DNA of 64,000 bases from Fistulifera solaris (Eukaryota): positions 434,001-498,000 of the forward strand of contig AP026137.1 of assembly GCA_030295235.1 (NCBI GenBank). Direction: 5' to 3'. Both the position numbers and the translations under genes were made by a program. Each line of letters starts with the position of its first letter. The stretch's first letter is position 1. The notes beneath the pieces are model-generated. The model was not told the origin of the DNA. It was given only the letters and a program-made list of their open reading frames with translations, and made no database searches. This document shows, piece by piece, positions 12,126 through 25,222 of this stretch.

Positions 12126-13119
12126 ATACTGCCCTCAAGATCGTGTGTATGGTTTTCTCGAAAGACTCCGATATCAAATCAAAGGAGGTCAAGCTGCTAG
12201 TCGGCAACCTTCACGGATACAAATTTTAATCTCTTTTTCCCGAGAGTTCTAAAGCAATAGACAAGTGCTTGAAGACGTTTGTTTTGATTGATATTCTGAT
12301 CGTCGTGACGTGACACAGAGTGGCGATGAGCGGCAAATGGAGAAACCTCTTGCTTTGCACTCGTAGATCCACGGCACCGCACACCGCACTTGCAAAGTGG
12401 AAAGCAACGATCGTTTGAAAGTTGAAAAGACCTTCGTGGTCGTTCGTGGCCATGGAAAGTCTATAATAAAGTAGTGCATTTCTCGCATACGTCAGCACGC
12501 AACGTCACTCTGGACACTTTGGTTGGTGTCCTTTCTAAATGCTGACGTGGTTTGGAGTAATAGACAAGTAGTGCTTTTTCATGTTTCTGTTCTCTGCTCT
12601 ACGTCTGTCTTTGCATCCGGCTTGCTTCGGACATTCGGAATAATTTTTGAGGTGTATTATTAACACTAATCGATCTAAATGTTACATTTACCTATTTACT
12701 AAAGTTTGCCGACAAAACGTTCGTGCTGCGAACCTGTTGCGACTTCGTCAACGACGAGCACGTGACCTTATCGTAATCATTTGTTATCAATCAAATCAAC
12801 AAAAGGTACGGCAAGATAGTAATCGAAAATAAATGGCGAGATACTTCGTAGCTTTCGGCGAACAAAAGCAAGTTTGGTAATTTGCGATTCGACGAGGGGG
12901 TTTTGCTTTATCATTACGGAATTCATTCCATCGACATCTCGATAGTCAGACATGGACAATTGAATTCTATTGAGCTCAATTCCCACATTCCCCTCGGATA
13001 GATGTGTGTTGGATCTCGCGTCTTTTATTGAAACAAAGCCTCAATCAGCGTGTGAAACAACAAATAATGACGTACATTTTCTTACATTTTCTCTTTGTTT
13101 CGTCAATGCAGAATAAAAT

Positions 13120-13308
13120 ATGGTTGAATCACGTAAACCTGATAAGCTCTATGCCACACACCCTTCCGGTTACGGAAAGGGATCTCGTGCTTGCCGCGTT
13201 ACTGGACGATTGGGCGGTATGGGACTTGTCCGAAAGTACGGCATCAACATGAAGCGTCAAGTGTTCCGTGAGCGCGCACTCGATATGGGCTGGGAGAAAT
13301 ACAACTAA
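13120..13308 (+). CDS. RPS29: 40S ribosomal protein S29 (uS14)
   Basis: THPSGYGKGSRACRV...GLVRKYGINMKRQVFRERALDMGWEKYN matches the eukaryotic S29 pattern; 62 aa. Confidence 0.92.
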   Translation: MVESRKPDKLYATHPSGYGKGSRACRVTGRLGGMGLVRKYGINMKRQVFRERALDMGWEKYN

Positions 13309-14034
13309 ATTACTTTAGAAGGAACAACTAGTGCACTTAATAATTTGGAGTGTTGTCATGATATTATCTTGCCATGATTTCACTTAAGGTCGTTCAAAGT
13401 TCTAAGGAGTAGAACTGTGATTTTATGCGTCTTGAATTATGAATGCTTGCATTTCCGGCTTGCTACTCCATCTTTAAAGACTGATAGTTTACTCTCCTTT
13501 TTGCTTGTTGGTGGATCAGATTCTACAGGTACTAGAGCTGGCGAATGGCAAGAAGCAAACTTAGTTTTTAGAAAGCATAAACTCTTTGGCTGTCGTATAG
13601 GTTTTGATCTACTCTAGAATGAGGTTTTGCTGATGCTGTTGTGACTCGCCACACGTACTTTTTGTCCCCGTCGACACGTAGTGCAAACACGTACGTTGTG
13701 TACCGCTGTTGATCATCGGCTGCTTCATGCTTCATCCACCGCAGACGCCGCCGCAGTTGCTGTTGAAAAGACCGAGAGGGGAGGATCCTTTTGCCTTTTT
13801 ATATCGGCGAAGCGATAAATTAGCTTGAATAGTTGCTAGCACGCGCTCCTATTCTGTAATTATTTATTTGCGACGACAGGTTTGGCTGGTGTTGTCTCTA
13901 CCCGAGTCGTAGCGCTTCTGCTGTTTCATAAGAGTCCCCTTCGAATCTGTTATTGATTAAAGCTAAATTGATTCTCCTGTCTGTCTCGTTCCCTATATCA
14001 ATATCTAAAAGAAGCAACAACAGAGGCAAGAGAC

Positions 14035-15372
14035 ATGGGTTGCGGCGTGTCGACAGATCAAGGCCCGAGCGGTGGTCCGCAGAATCAATACGCAGCCCCT
14101 CATAATCCGAAAAAAGATGACCCGCAGGAAGTGGCGAAATCGTCAGGCATTGACAGAGATTTGGACCGAGCGAAACAAAACGAAGAATTAAAAGTGAAAT
14201 TGCTATTACTCGGAGCTGGAGAGAGCGGAAAATCAACCATCTTTAAACAAATGAGGATTTTGCACGGAGCTCCACGAAGTGAAGAAGATCAGCGCATGTA
14301 TGGTGTTGTCATCCGCTCGAATGTAATCACTGCTATGCGAAAGCTATGTTCGCATTTGAGAAGTTTGGGCTTGGAGGGACAGCTGGCAAGAGAGCCTAAG
14401 CCCGATGATAGCGATCTCACACCAAAGGCTGCTTACGATCTATTAGTTGCGCATATAGTCGACAACACAGCATCTTCTGCTGACCTGCCTATTCCTCCCG
14501 AAAATGCTGATGGAAGAGACTGGTGGGTCAGAGCCCAAGGGCTGGGCTTGGTGCTAACAACGATGCAAAACAGTTTCTACAGTTATGGCGCGCTATGAAA
14601 ACACTTTGGGAGGTAAGTAATCGATCATGGTAGACATGCTTGGCTAAGAAAGTCTTCTGATTCAATACATCATTTTTCATTATAGTCGAAGACAATGAAA
14701 GAAGTTTGGATGAAACGGGCGGCTGTCAATGTTATTGATGGTCACAAGGAGTACCTGCAAGATTTATCACGTATTGCATCTCCTTCTTTTCGTCCGACCA
14801 CCCAAGATATCCTCCTCGCCCGTGTCAAGACGACACAAGTAGTAATGGAGCGCTACCGAATCGATGGTATTGAATTTGAAATGTATGATGTTGGAGGTCA
14901 GCGCTCAGAACGGCGTAAATGGATTGACTGTTTCGATAACGTCGACGCTGTCATCTTTGTTGCAGCTTTGTCGGAATACGACCAAGCGTTAGCAGAAGCA
15001 AAACGAACGAACCGTATGGCGGAGGCCCTAGAGCTTTTCCGATCTGTCTGTAACAACAGGGCGTTTGCGAATACTTCCATCATGTTGTTTTTGAACAAAA
15101 AGGACGTGTTTGCAGAAAAGATAATGAGTAGCGACATTGCCGCTCAGAAGCCTTTTGCGGACTACGCTGGTCCGCCGCAAGACTTCAATAGTGGCGTGCT
15201 CTATTTCATTCAAAAGTTCAAAGAATGCTTGATTGATGACGACTTCAATGACTCTTTTATTCATGTGACGTGTGCAACGGACACGAATAACATGGAGTTT
15301 GTTCTAGACTCGACTCGAACAATCATCATGACAGATAATCTTCGACGATCAGGGTTTTTGGGCTCCGGTTAG
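14035..15372 (+). CDS. GPA1: Heterotrimeric G-protein alpha subunit
   Basis: MGCGVS lipidation motif, [40 protein letters not shown]. Intron 14613-14685. Frameshift near 14523. Confidence 0.95.
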
Positions 15373-16017
15373 GTATTCTCGATCATACATTACATCGCGG
15401 AGTCGAAGCTAGGATTCTCGTAAAACACCTTAACCTCTTTCGTGAAGTAATTTAACTGTTCTTTAGATTTCATGGCGTTAGTTTATTATGAATCATTGCC
15501 TCTGACAAACGCAGGTTTCTGAAAGACATTTTTATCTTCTGTAAGGAATTTGTAATCATCTTTTTTAGTCGGATCTACTTGATCATTCCGGGGGCGTAGT
15601 ATGTGCAACTCATGCAAAAGGCGAATTGGTTAAACCTTGATACTAGCTGCCGGGACTGTTATTGAGGAGTCACAGAATGTAGATACCAGGTAGTACACTT
15701 CACATTACATTCATCGTCACGTTTTATACTATTCTACAAAAGCGAAGTGCGACTTAGTTATTTTCTGTCCTTAATAAAATTTCAGTACCGGACGCTAAGC
15801 AAAAATGGTGAGCATTGGGATTACTATGGCGAAGTTGTCTGATACAATATTGTACGAGACTCGCCGGCTGGAAAACCCTGCTGAAAAAAGAAGCGCAACA
15901 TGGATCGAAGCGAAAATGCCGCTCCGCAGCAAAGCAAAAGCAAAGGGAATAATCGACAACACCGATATTCAATCATCCTCTTGACTTTGTTCTCGTCTTT
16001 TCTCTTTTTAATTAATC

Positions 16018-17260
16018 ATGCCGACTGCTCCGCCCAAAGGTGCTACGGGCGATTTGACGACGTTCAACGTCTTTCACGGTTTCCCTGAAGCGTTGGTTCG
16101 GGGTATGCGATCGTCTTTCCTTACGGATGCTGATTATCATCACTTGACGCAGTGCGAGACTGTGGATGATGTAAGACTCAATCTATCGGAAAGTGACTAT
16201 TCTTCTGCACTCGCGGATATGGCAGTCATGACGCCGGCTTCGCTACAAAAGGCGGCTATTGAAAAGGTTAGTGGCTCGAGCGCAAAGAAATGTTTAATTT
16301 GTTGTATTACTTCTAACGCAATCGCCGCTTCGTATTTTAGCTTGTTACTGAGTTCAAGTACTTGCGAAGCCAAGCGGTTGAGCCTTTGTCTACCTTCCTG
16401 GACTTTGTCACCTACGAGTACATGATTGAGAATGTTATGCTTTTGTTGAAGGGTGCTCTGAGCGGTCGCGATATCAACGAATTGATTGCGCAGTGCCACC
16501 CTCTTGGCATGTTTAAGGAAAGCACCATGCGCAGCATCCCGACCTTCGAAAATAGTGCCAAGGGTTACGCGGATTTGTATCAGACTGTGTTGGTTGACAC
16601 TCCGGTGGGTCCCTACTTTGCCATGTTTTTGCAGGAGAGTGCCGAGCACCGCGGTGACAGCCGAAATGTCTTGGAGGAAGTTGAAATCGAAATTATCAAG
16701 TCTTCTTTGATCAAGTACTGGTTGGAGGATTTCGCTCAATTTGTGGAGAAACTTGGCGGTGATACGGCTTCTATCATGGGTGACTTGTTGAAGGTCCGAG
16801 CTGATACAAATGCGATCAATATTACGCTAAACTCCTTCGGAACGCCCCTGAATGAGCCTGCTATGCGTGCTTCCGATCGAAAGCGACTCTATCCTGCTGT
16901 CGGACATCTCTATCCCGTCGGCTCGACCATGTTGGTGGATGTTGCGAACGAAGAAGAGCTCGGACGCGTGCTGGAACTTTTTCCCCAGTACAAAGCGATC
17001 TGGAACATTCATGCTTCGGGACAGGGTGATATCAGTATCGATGATGCCTTTTACGAGCGTGATGTCCAGACTCTTGAATTGGCCTTCGAAAGCCAGTTTC
17101 ATTTTGCCGTTTTCTATGCTTACGTGAAGCTCAAAGAACAAGAGATTCGAAACTTGGTTTGGATTTCGGAATGCATTTTGCAGCAGCAAAGGATGAAATT
17201 TCAAAATTTGTTCCCGTGTTCAGCTTCCATTCGCCGTGGCGTGAAAAGAAGCGATCATAA
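16018..17260 (+). CDS. VMA6: V-type ATPase V0 subunit d
   Basis: FNVFHGFPEALVRG, LTQCETVDD, QCHPLGMF, TVLVDTPVGPYF, AINITLNSFGT, KLKEQEIRNLVWISECI. Intron 16267-16340. Frameshift near 17190; restored end ...WREKKRS* at 17260. Confidence 0.95.
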
Positions 17261-17392
17261 CTTGATTGATATGCGAGCATTCTATGTGATAACATTCTCA
17301 TTATTCTAAGCTTTGGTCAAAAACAATGCATTATGTAGTTCCAAGTTCTTTACTCCGTAGTACCTTATCGATAGAGTGTGAATTCCACGATA

Positions 17393-18916
17393 TTACGCAT
17401 GGTCGGCTCGTTTCTCTTCAAGCTTTTGTATGGTACCCGTTTCGCAAAACTCTTTGATCTTTTGGGCAAAGGCTGCACCGATACCTTCTACTTTCGTTTT
17501 GCCTTTGCTCAAGGACATAGCATTCTCGGCAGTGATTTCGTAGTCCAGGCTTCGGATGGCATCGAGACACTTGGAGTAGGTGAACACCGCTCGTTGATTT
17601 GCTGAAAGAATTTAGTTCAGTTACACGTAGGTAGTAGGAACAAGAGGACTGTGTTGCGGATGTTGGTACCGCACTTACCTTCTTTGGAATAGTATTCGGA
17701 AAGTTCCTGAAAGGCGGCGACCAATTTCGCGTTCGCATCGACTTTGGTCGTCTTTTCGAGTGCTTTGTCTTTTTGTTCTTTCTCTTCGTTCGACAATTGC
17801 TTGCCAACTTCTTTCCAAAGAGTTGCAATGATATCTTCTGGCGTTTCTCGTTTGTGTGCCAAGATCACGGGGCCGATTTTCTGTTTCGCCTTGGTGGCAT
17901 CTTCCGGGAGTTTCGCATTGTACTTTTTCAACAAAGCAATGGCGTCTTCGGTGGCGGAACGAATTCCTTCCTTGCTCGAGAGGTTCCACTCCAAGCTCGC
18001 CGCTTCCTTCTTCATACCAGCTAGATCGCCATTACTGTCGTCCGTGCCTTCACCTGTAGCATCCGCTTCGAGTTTGTCCATCTTTTTCTTTTTCTTCTTC
18101 CGAAGGCTCTTCGGTGAACCTGATCGCACCCAAAATAGTTGAATATACAAAATAATTCCAAGCAATAGTTCAAGAACAACAAAAACTTACCAAGGCTTCC
18201 AACGGGGTGCGTCTTCGATACTGCACTGAAAGGTGCAGGGGATGCGTTGCTGCGCATCTTCATCGAACTGGCCGTTGCATAGCACGACGGAACAGTTCTT
18301 TTCATCGATTTTCAATTTGCCGCCTTGACACAGCTGGCAACGAGCCAAGCGACCATTGACATGACCATCCAAGACCTTGACCAGGAGGTAGTTTTTCGTG
18401 CCAGAGACAAACTGGCGATTCCATTTCAGCACGTCTTTCAGCTCGTCGTTCTTTTCTTTCTGATACACACGGTATGCGGCCACAAACTCGTTCGAGGCGT
18501 AATGATCGTCGCTCTTTGCTTTCTTCGTTTGAGGCTCGTTCTCTCCGTCATCAACTTTTGCCTTGATCTTTTCAATGATAGCATCGGCGGAAGAAGCTGA
18601 ACCCGAAGCCTTGCTCTTCTTCGTGGCTGCCGAGCTTGTCTTGATGGCTTCGACGAGCGCATCGCGTTCTTTCGGCAAGATTTGACCTTCGGTAGCGTCC
18701 CGCAATGTTTCATCGACAAAGTCATCGACCGTACCGGCGAATTTTCGCGGCAAGTTGTAGCATTTCGGATGAAAGCTTTGCGTGACATCAAATCTCCCTC
18801 CCGTAGTAGTCGTCAAGATTTTGATTTCACCTTTCTCGATAATCTCGCCGCATTTTTTTGCACTTGGCGCGGCTCGTCTTGGCAAACTCCACCGCGTAGG
18901 TTGTCTCGGAACTCAT
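17393..18916 (-). CDS. PARP-type zinc finger + PADR1 (Zn3) + helix-hairpin-helix protein with no catalytic domain
   Basis: ATG at 18916: MSSETTYAVEFAKTSRAKCKKC...FHPKC (zf-PARP; A-run frameshift near 18855). LKWNRQFVSGTK..GRLARCQLC..C.G.FDE....C (PADR1). Pol beta-type HhH (KVEGIGAAFAQKIKEFCETGTIQKLEE). Introns 18190-18120 and 17678-17602. Confidence 0.8.
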
Positions 18917-19370
18917 CGTTGATGGTAAAGAGGTGTATCAATTAGTTGTGAAAGTAGGAGGTTGTATGCTTGCGAAAGGTAATGCTCAAAAATGCATTTT
19001 GACATGCCCCTCATGTTTTTCCCGCCAAACAAGCGCGCGAGGGCGAAGATGCGAACGGATCACCAGAGTACACTCGACGGGAGTGTAGAGCGACGGGACA
19101 GAAACTGACGTAGAAAATGTACGGGTATCACTGATGATGATTCATGACGACCTCCTCATGAATGAAATGCAGTCGTGGTCTACTTGAACTAACACTTTGG
19201 GTCCATAGTAAATACGGAAGACAACGTTTTGCAAGGCTCTTCGATGCAAAATATGATCACATGTAATTCAAACGCTGCTAAAGGACGACGCTTTTCTTTT
19301 CTTTACACAAAGCCGTCTTCGGCGTCGAGGGATCGTTCATGTATCTCCCTTCCCGCAAGCGGGGACGATC

Positions 19371-19433
19371 AAATTGTAGACTGAGTAGCACAGAAATTGT
19401 AGACTGAGTAGCACAGTTGGGGGGGGGGGGGGG
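19371..19433. repeat. 23-bp tandem duplication followed by a poly-G tract
   Basis: AAATTGTAGACTGAGTAGCACAG at 19371-19393 and 19394-19416; G-run at about 19419-19433. Confidence 0.85.
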
Positions 19434-20038
19434 CTGGGTTCGATACGGTGGTTGGTCGATCTTGGCGCCCAGCGCCGTAGATGAGAGTCTTGAGACGATC
19501 GGTGATCCCCGGTCGTGTCTGAATCAGATAGGAGCCCCTCTGTTCCCATGGTTTACATGTTTGACCTGGCAGCGGTTCGGTGTTCGGTGGATTTCATCCA
19601 TTGTCCATTGGGTCAGTTGTGTTTCTCTAACTCGATTAGGGATTCGGTTCTCTTGTGGGGATAGGACGTAAGCATAGTAAATTCTAGCCATTTTTTCACA
19701 AGCAAGCGTTACGTCCGTAAAATTCCCGTTTTGTTCCTTGCAATTCTAATTTGAGCGTATTAGGATCATTTGTGGGAAATAATCGTCTTGATTCATACAA
19801 AGCTATCATTGAAAAATAATGCCAATGGCATCGTACTGCTCACATTGGGTTGTTGCTGTCGGAAACTCCTGAACGTAGAACGTAGGCAAACTGTCTCCAT
19901 GACTGGATTTCAATCACTCCCGCCTCACACTTTTATTGAGCCCGCAAAGCGCGCATGGCACGCCTGTTGCGTCTAAGTAATCAAAGTTTTTAGCCACGGA
20001 TGGGGGCATTTTCGTCGAGCAGGGTCATGGCTCGTGAT

Positions 20039-20820
20039 CAGGCCTCTTTATATCCGTTTTCACCCGAAAACACGGAAATAAGGTATTTTCGGAGACCTGG
20101 TAGATTTATTTTCGGTTAAATCCGGATTTTACGTAGAGCTACGTAGAATATGTACTGACTAACACATTAGCCCTGCTAGACAATCGTTTTGCTAAGTTCA
20201 CTTCGTCCAGAACTGTCTACAACAAGCTAAATAATGATAAAAGGATGCACAACCCACAAGTACATAAATCAATTTGATTAGACTAATCAAATTGCTTGCT
20301 TTTGTGCCTTAACGTCGCTTACTGCAAGCCACCGAGATGCGTGGCGCTAACTATTGCCAGCTGCAACTTTATCAATGGAGCACTTGCCATCACGAAAACA
20401 TTTTGTTTTTGACTTTAATTTAGTTTGTGCGCTTTCATGTCGGAAATTATTTCATTCGCAGCACCAATGTCGTCAACTATATTACACAAAGCTTTCGCCG
20501 ATCATTTATCAACCCCTTAAGAAAGATAACATCTTGATTGTAACAATGATGAGGCTTTTTTAGAATCTCTATTATCAGGCTGTTCTATGTTTGCATGACC
20601 TGGTTGAATATAGTTGCAAAGAGCTTCGTATATTGTGTGCTAAAGAACGAACCACCATAGTTTTTACCAAGATTTTGGTACAGGTTCTCATCCGTTACAC
20701 CCTCTCCCACACTCACTCGCAATACGGAAACACGGAATTAGGTTAAATTCGGGGGTCCTGAAACCTTAAATCCGAGTATTTTCGGGATTTTTCGTAAAAA
20801 ACCGAAAATAAAGAGGCCTG
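20039..20820. mobile_element. Non-autonomous hAT-type DNA transposon (MITE-like, 782 bp)
   Basis: TIRs CAGGCCTCTTTAT / ATAAAGAGGCCTG with subterminal CCGAAAA-like repeats. Perfect 8-bp TSD CTCGTGAT at 20031-20038 and 20821-20828. No transposase ORF. Confidence 0.9.
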
Positions 20821-21164
20821 CTCGTGATTTCATGAGTGCAACCTTTCATAGTTTTAATCTTTAGTATACAGATGAAAGTAGAACCAAGACTAAGATTTTC
20901 CATCCAGGGTCATTTCTAGTGTGGTTGACAAAGTATTGGAGGTCTTAGTGGGAGACAATTATAAAATGGAAAGTACAAAGTTATTCCAAAATTCCGAAAC
21001 CGGTACGTCGGACAAAATGGTGGATGCTCGCGTTCCCTCGCGATGCCTCGTCGACGACAGGTCACCAAAACTTGGTGGCAAATATTATTGGGATGGTTCA
21101 AAATAAATGGATGAGCGAAAAACAACCATTTCAATACAATATACGACAACAATAAGAAATTGCC

Positions 21165-22253
21165 ATGAAGTGTACGCATCCGCTCTATTCCGCGCTTCTA
21201 ATAGCTTTAATAAGGATCACATCAGCTGAAACAATACGCGGGGGGAGTCACTGTGGAAGAGGGGAGCATTTTAGAACATGACCGATCGCGGCTGTCGCGA
21301 ATACTGAAACTGTTTCATAAGCAGTCGCGAAGAGCAATGCAGGGAAAAGAAGACTATGATCCTGTGTTTGATCAGGAATACGAAAAGCGGCAAGCAAATT
21401 TAGATCCGTCGTTATGGTACTTCCCGAAATTTATCCCCGTATTTCAGATGAATCCTCCAACAGAGTCTCCGGCCCCTTCCACGCAAGGGCCTACTCTAAT
21501 AAGCGCTACGAATCCTCCTACAACATCGACGGGAGGAGGTGTAACTCCTGCTCCGACGTCTCCGACGAATAGTTTTACGAGTGCGCCGACTCCGCTTCCG
21601 ACGGCGCCCTCCTTCGCGACGCCATCACCGACGGCTCCTGCTCCTCCCACTATTTCGCCCAAACCAACACTCACGAACGCTCCTTCTGCCGTGGGCGTAC
21701 CGATACCGAGCACTCCGCCGTTATTGACGAGTCCTCCGACCATTGGTGGAGGATTTGGGACCCTGCACCCGGGGTGACGGCTACACCGACCTTTGGCCTC
21801 GGCACGCCGGCTCCGACCATGGGTTCTGCCGTTCTTACCAGTGCTCCGACATTTCCTTCGTTTGCGGCAACGACTTTAGCTCCTACGATAGCGAGCTCCC
21901 TATCTTCGACGACCGCTGGATCCATGAGTGCGGTACGACTGTCGTCCATGTCGCCAGTAGTGTCTTCGTTTCCGAGTACGGTTCCGGCGTATTCGAGTGC
22001 GCCCGTGTCTTCCTTGTCTCCGACACCGCCGTCAACGAGCGATGAACCTACGATGGGTTTTAGTAGTTTGGAGCCCAGTCAATCGCTGTTACCCACGTTA
22101 GACGACTCGTCGGAGGATGCTTCACAGCGATCAGAGGCAATCTATTCCGAGTCATTTCTTCTAGGGCAAAAGTCGTACTTGAAAGAGATGAAAATGGAGG
22201 AGTTTTGGTCCACGCTATTTCGACGGAAAGAGGATCCTGTGGAATCTCCATAA
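21165..22253 (+). CDS. Secreted Pro/Thr/Ser-rich protein (array gene A)
   Basis: ATG 21165 gives the signal peptide MKCTHPLYSALLIALIRITSA. G-run frameshifts near 21245 and 21772. RIL site, then PT/PS mucin-like repeats. Confidence 0.7.
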
Positions 22254-22821
22254 CGAGTTGCACGGAGATAGAATAAGACTCGGAGGATGTCTAGTTTTGC
22301 TGCTACAGATATAAACACAATCAGAATGAAATTATGTGCTATTGGCTACGGGCTCAAGCTTGCAGAGAGGCGGTGCGCCTTGCCACGTGGTCGCTCATCC
22401 TATACACTCGTCAAACCAAAATTGTAATGTTTATTAGATGTTCACGATGTCTGTGAGGACATTGAAATATTAGGTTCTTATCTATACCTGGTAGTGGGTT
22501 TATGGTTCGCCTTGAATGTCCTGTGATCTCCTTTTAGCTTGAGTCTTTGCAAAGAGCGCTCCCATTTTTCATAACCTTAGCAATTAGCAACTGCCATTGA
22601 AAACACACCCTACTTTTTACTATCAAATCAAACATGGCCGACCGGTATTTCGTTGTGTACATCAACGGAACAAAAATTTTGAAAATAACCGCTGAGTACT
22701 GTGCTATCCATTCTACCGGAGTGCCGATTTCCATAATATTTCATAGTATATGTTGAGAAGTACAATATTTTGTCACGTGCCCGCCAAATGAGGTGACCAC
22801 TTTTTCGAAGCAAAACAAAAA

Positions 22822-25222
22822 ATGTTGGCATCAAAACGAAGCATTATAAATAATAATGGAGTTGTTACCATGAGAAAGGCGCTCACGGTATGCAACATGC
22901 TGCCGATATACCTGAAGCGGCTGTTGCTTCTTCTGATACCAATTCTATGGATAATATGCGATGAAAACGGGTTTGAGCGTGCGCGGACGGCTTTCACAAG
23001 CATATTCATTCCAATCCACACAAAAACAGGTCGGAGCAACGATAAAAGAGTCAAGGATGCTGATAGAATAAGAGCAAGACGGACAAGAGAGGAGATGTAC
23101 TGGCCGGATTTTGGAAAGAATTTCATTCAAAGTTCGCCCTTCGCACACGATGAGCCAACTCTGAGTCCTAGTCGAGAGAAAGATCCATCCGCTGTCCCGG
23201 CATCGCCGCAAATGCTAGTAAAGAAAGAGTACGAAGATATTCCCGTTTTCTCGTCTTCTTCGGTCGGTCTATCCAAAATTGGAAAAACATTATTCGAGAA
23301 AGACAATGGAGCGGAGGAGGCAAACATCGACCGTGATTCAAATGGAGCCAAAGTAGACATGCTGCCATCTCAGAATACGAATGACCAGTTCACGGCCACC
23401 CCAACACTTGTCATATCTACTTTGATTTCCCCGACTCCCCTAAAGGATGCGGCTTACAAAGAGCCATCAAGTCCTATGAAAAATTCAAATTGGAAACGGT
23501 ATTGACATCGTTGTTTCAGCCTAGAGATAGCACAGACCAGTGGGCAAGTGTGAAGCAACTATCAGACGAGACAAACACAGCTGTCGGAAATAGCCCATCA
23601 GGTATTCCGAATCCAGAGCTTCCGCCATCTCGTCCTGCGGTATCAAATCTTGTGGATAAAGTCATCAGCTCCACAACTCAAAAATACTTTCGCTCAGAGT
23701 CTCCACATCTACCGGTATCATACAAAGCATCTTCTTCAAAGAAGGCAAACGCTTCCCAAAGAAAGGGATTGGGGAAAGCGCAGGCCTCAGGAAAATCATA
23801 TAAATTGACAGGAAAGTCGAAAGCGCCGTCTTCTCAGGAACATTTCGACTCAAAAGGAAAAGGGAAAGCATCTTACGGAAAAGCCCAAAACTCGAAAGGG
23901 AAGGGAAAAGCATCCTATGGAAAATCAAATGGAAAATCAAATGGAAAAGGAAAATCGTCTAAGGGAAAGGGGAAAGGGTCAGAAAGCGAATCGTCTAAAG
24001 GAAAGGGGAAAGGATCAGGAAGCAAATCATCCGCTTCAGGAAAGAAATCTTCCAAATCGGGCAAAAAATCATCGAAAAAGAGCAAACAAAAACAAAGGCA
24101 CCAGCTGCGAGCAATGTACCTAGCGTTATGCCGACTATTACAGGTGCTCCGACAATTACCGCGGGGCCGACGGGTGCACCTACGTCTAGTGTGTCGCCCT
24201 CGATATCGCCCAGACCAACAGCGACAATATTGAGCGAATCTCCAAGCGCGAGCGTAATCAACGACTCGCCTTCTTCGTTACCGACGAGCATAGACCAGAC
24301 TGCTGTCCCGACTATAGTGCCGACTGCGAATCCAACTGCAGGCATAATAAGCACTCCTTCGCCGACTTTAGGATCGACCATCAGTTCCTTTCCGACGAAA
24401 TTTCCCACTGCCCTCCCAACTGCCACGCCTATTATCGGTTCTCCAGAACCAGCAGCTGTGCCGTCTGTTGCCCCTTCAATTGGTTCGCCGGAGCCTTCTC
24501 CTCTAGAAAGTGAGGGCCCCACGTCCACTCCAAGTGCTTCTAGCCTAGCACCTAGCCGTGCACCGGCTTTCATCGCTAGTAGCACTCCCAGTCTGACTGA
24601 AAGTATTACTCCTAGCCAGACTTTGAGTATTGCTCCGTCATCTGCGCCGACTACTATATTCCCATCCGATACACCGAGCAATGGATCTGAATTGCCGACA
24701 TTATCGCCTTCTACACCATGGCCATCGGATGAACCTAGCTTTACACCAACAATAGATGAATCCGGCTCTCCGAGCAGTTTACCGAGTGGTCAGCCAACTA
24801 TACGGCCTTCGCCGTTTCCTTCACAGAGGCCCTCGACGGGACCTAGTATTGAACCGTCTCTCGAGCCGACCTCGCAACCGAGCGAAGGGCCCAGTAGGCG
24901 GCCATCCGTCGAACCTAGTCTTTCTCCTACCTCTTCTCCATCGACACGGCCTAGCATCGACCCAACAAGTCAGCCAGTGGTAGCCCGAATTGGCGAAGAA
25001 GAATTTGATGCGGATTCGGACACTCAGGCTGCCGAACAGGAATCAGGGTTTCTAGGAGGCGCAACTATCATTCTTCATGAAACTACAGGACACGAACAGA
25101 CGTATGAGACTCAGTCGGATAAAAGCCTAGATCCCGCTGGCACGACACAAGTTATTCAGAGACAGAGTCAAGGAGCCAGACCATGGAAGATAATGAGAAA
25201 CAACAAAACGGGAGCTGGTTGA
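22822..25222 (+). CDS. Secreted/anchored Lys-rich (KGKG, KSSK) + PTS-rich silaffin-like protein (array gene B)
   Basis: N-terminal hydrophobic segment, KGKGKASYGK x2, SGKKSSKSGKKSSKKSK, then PSxxPT repeats. Three ORFs joined by frameshifts near 23490 and 24090. Confidence 0.7.
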
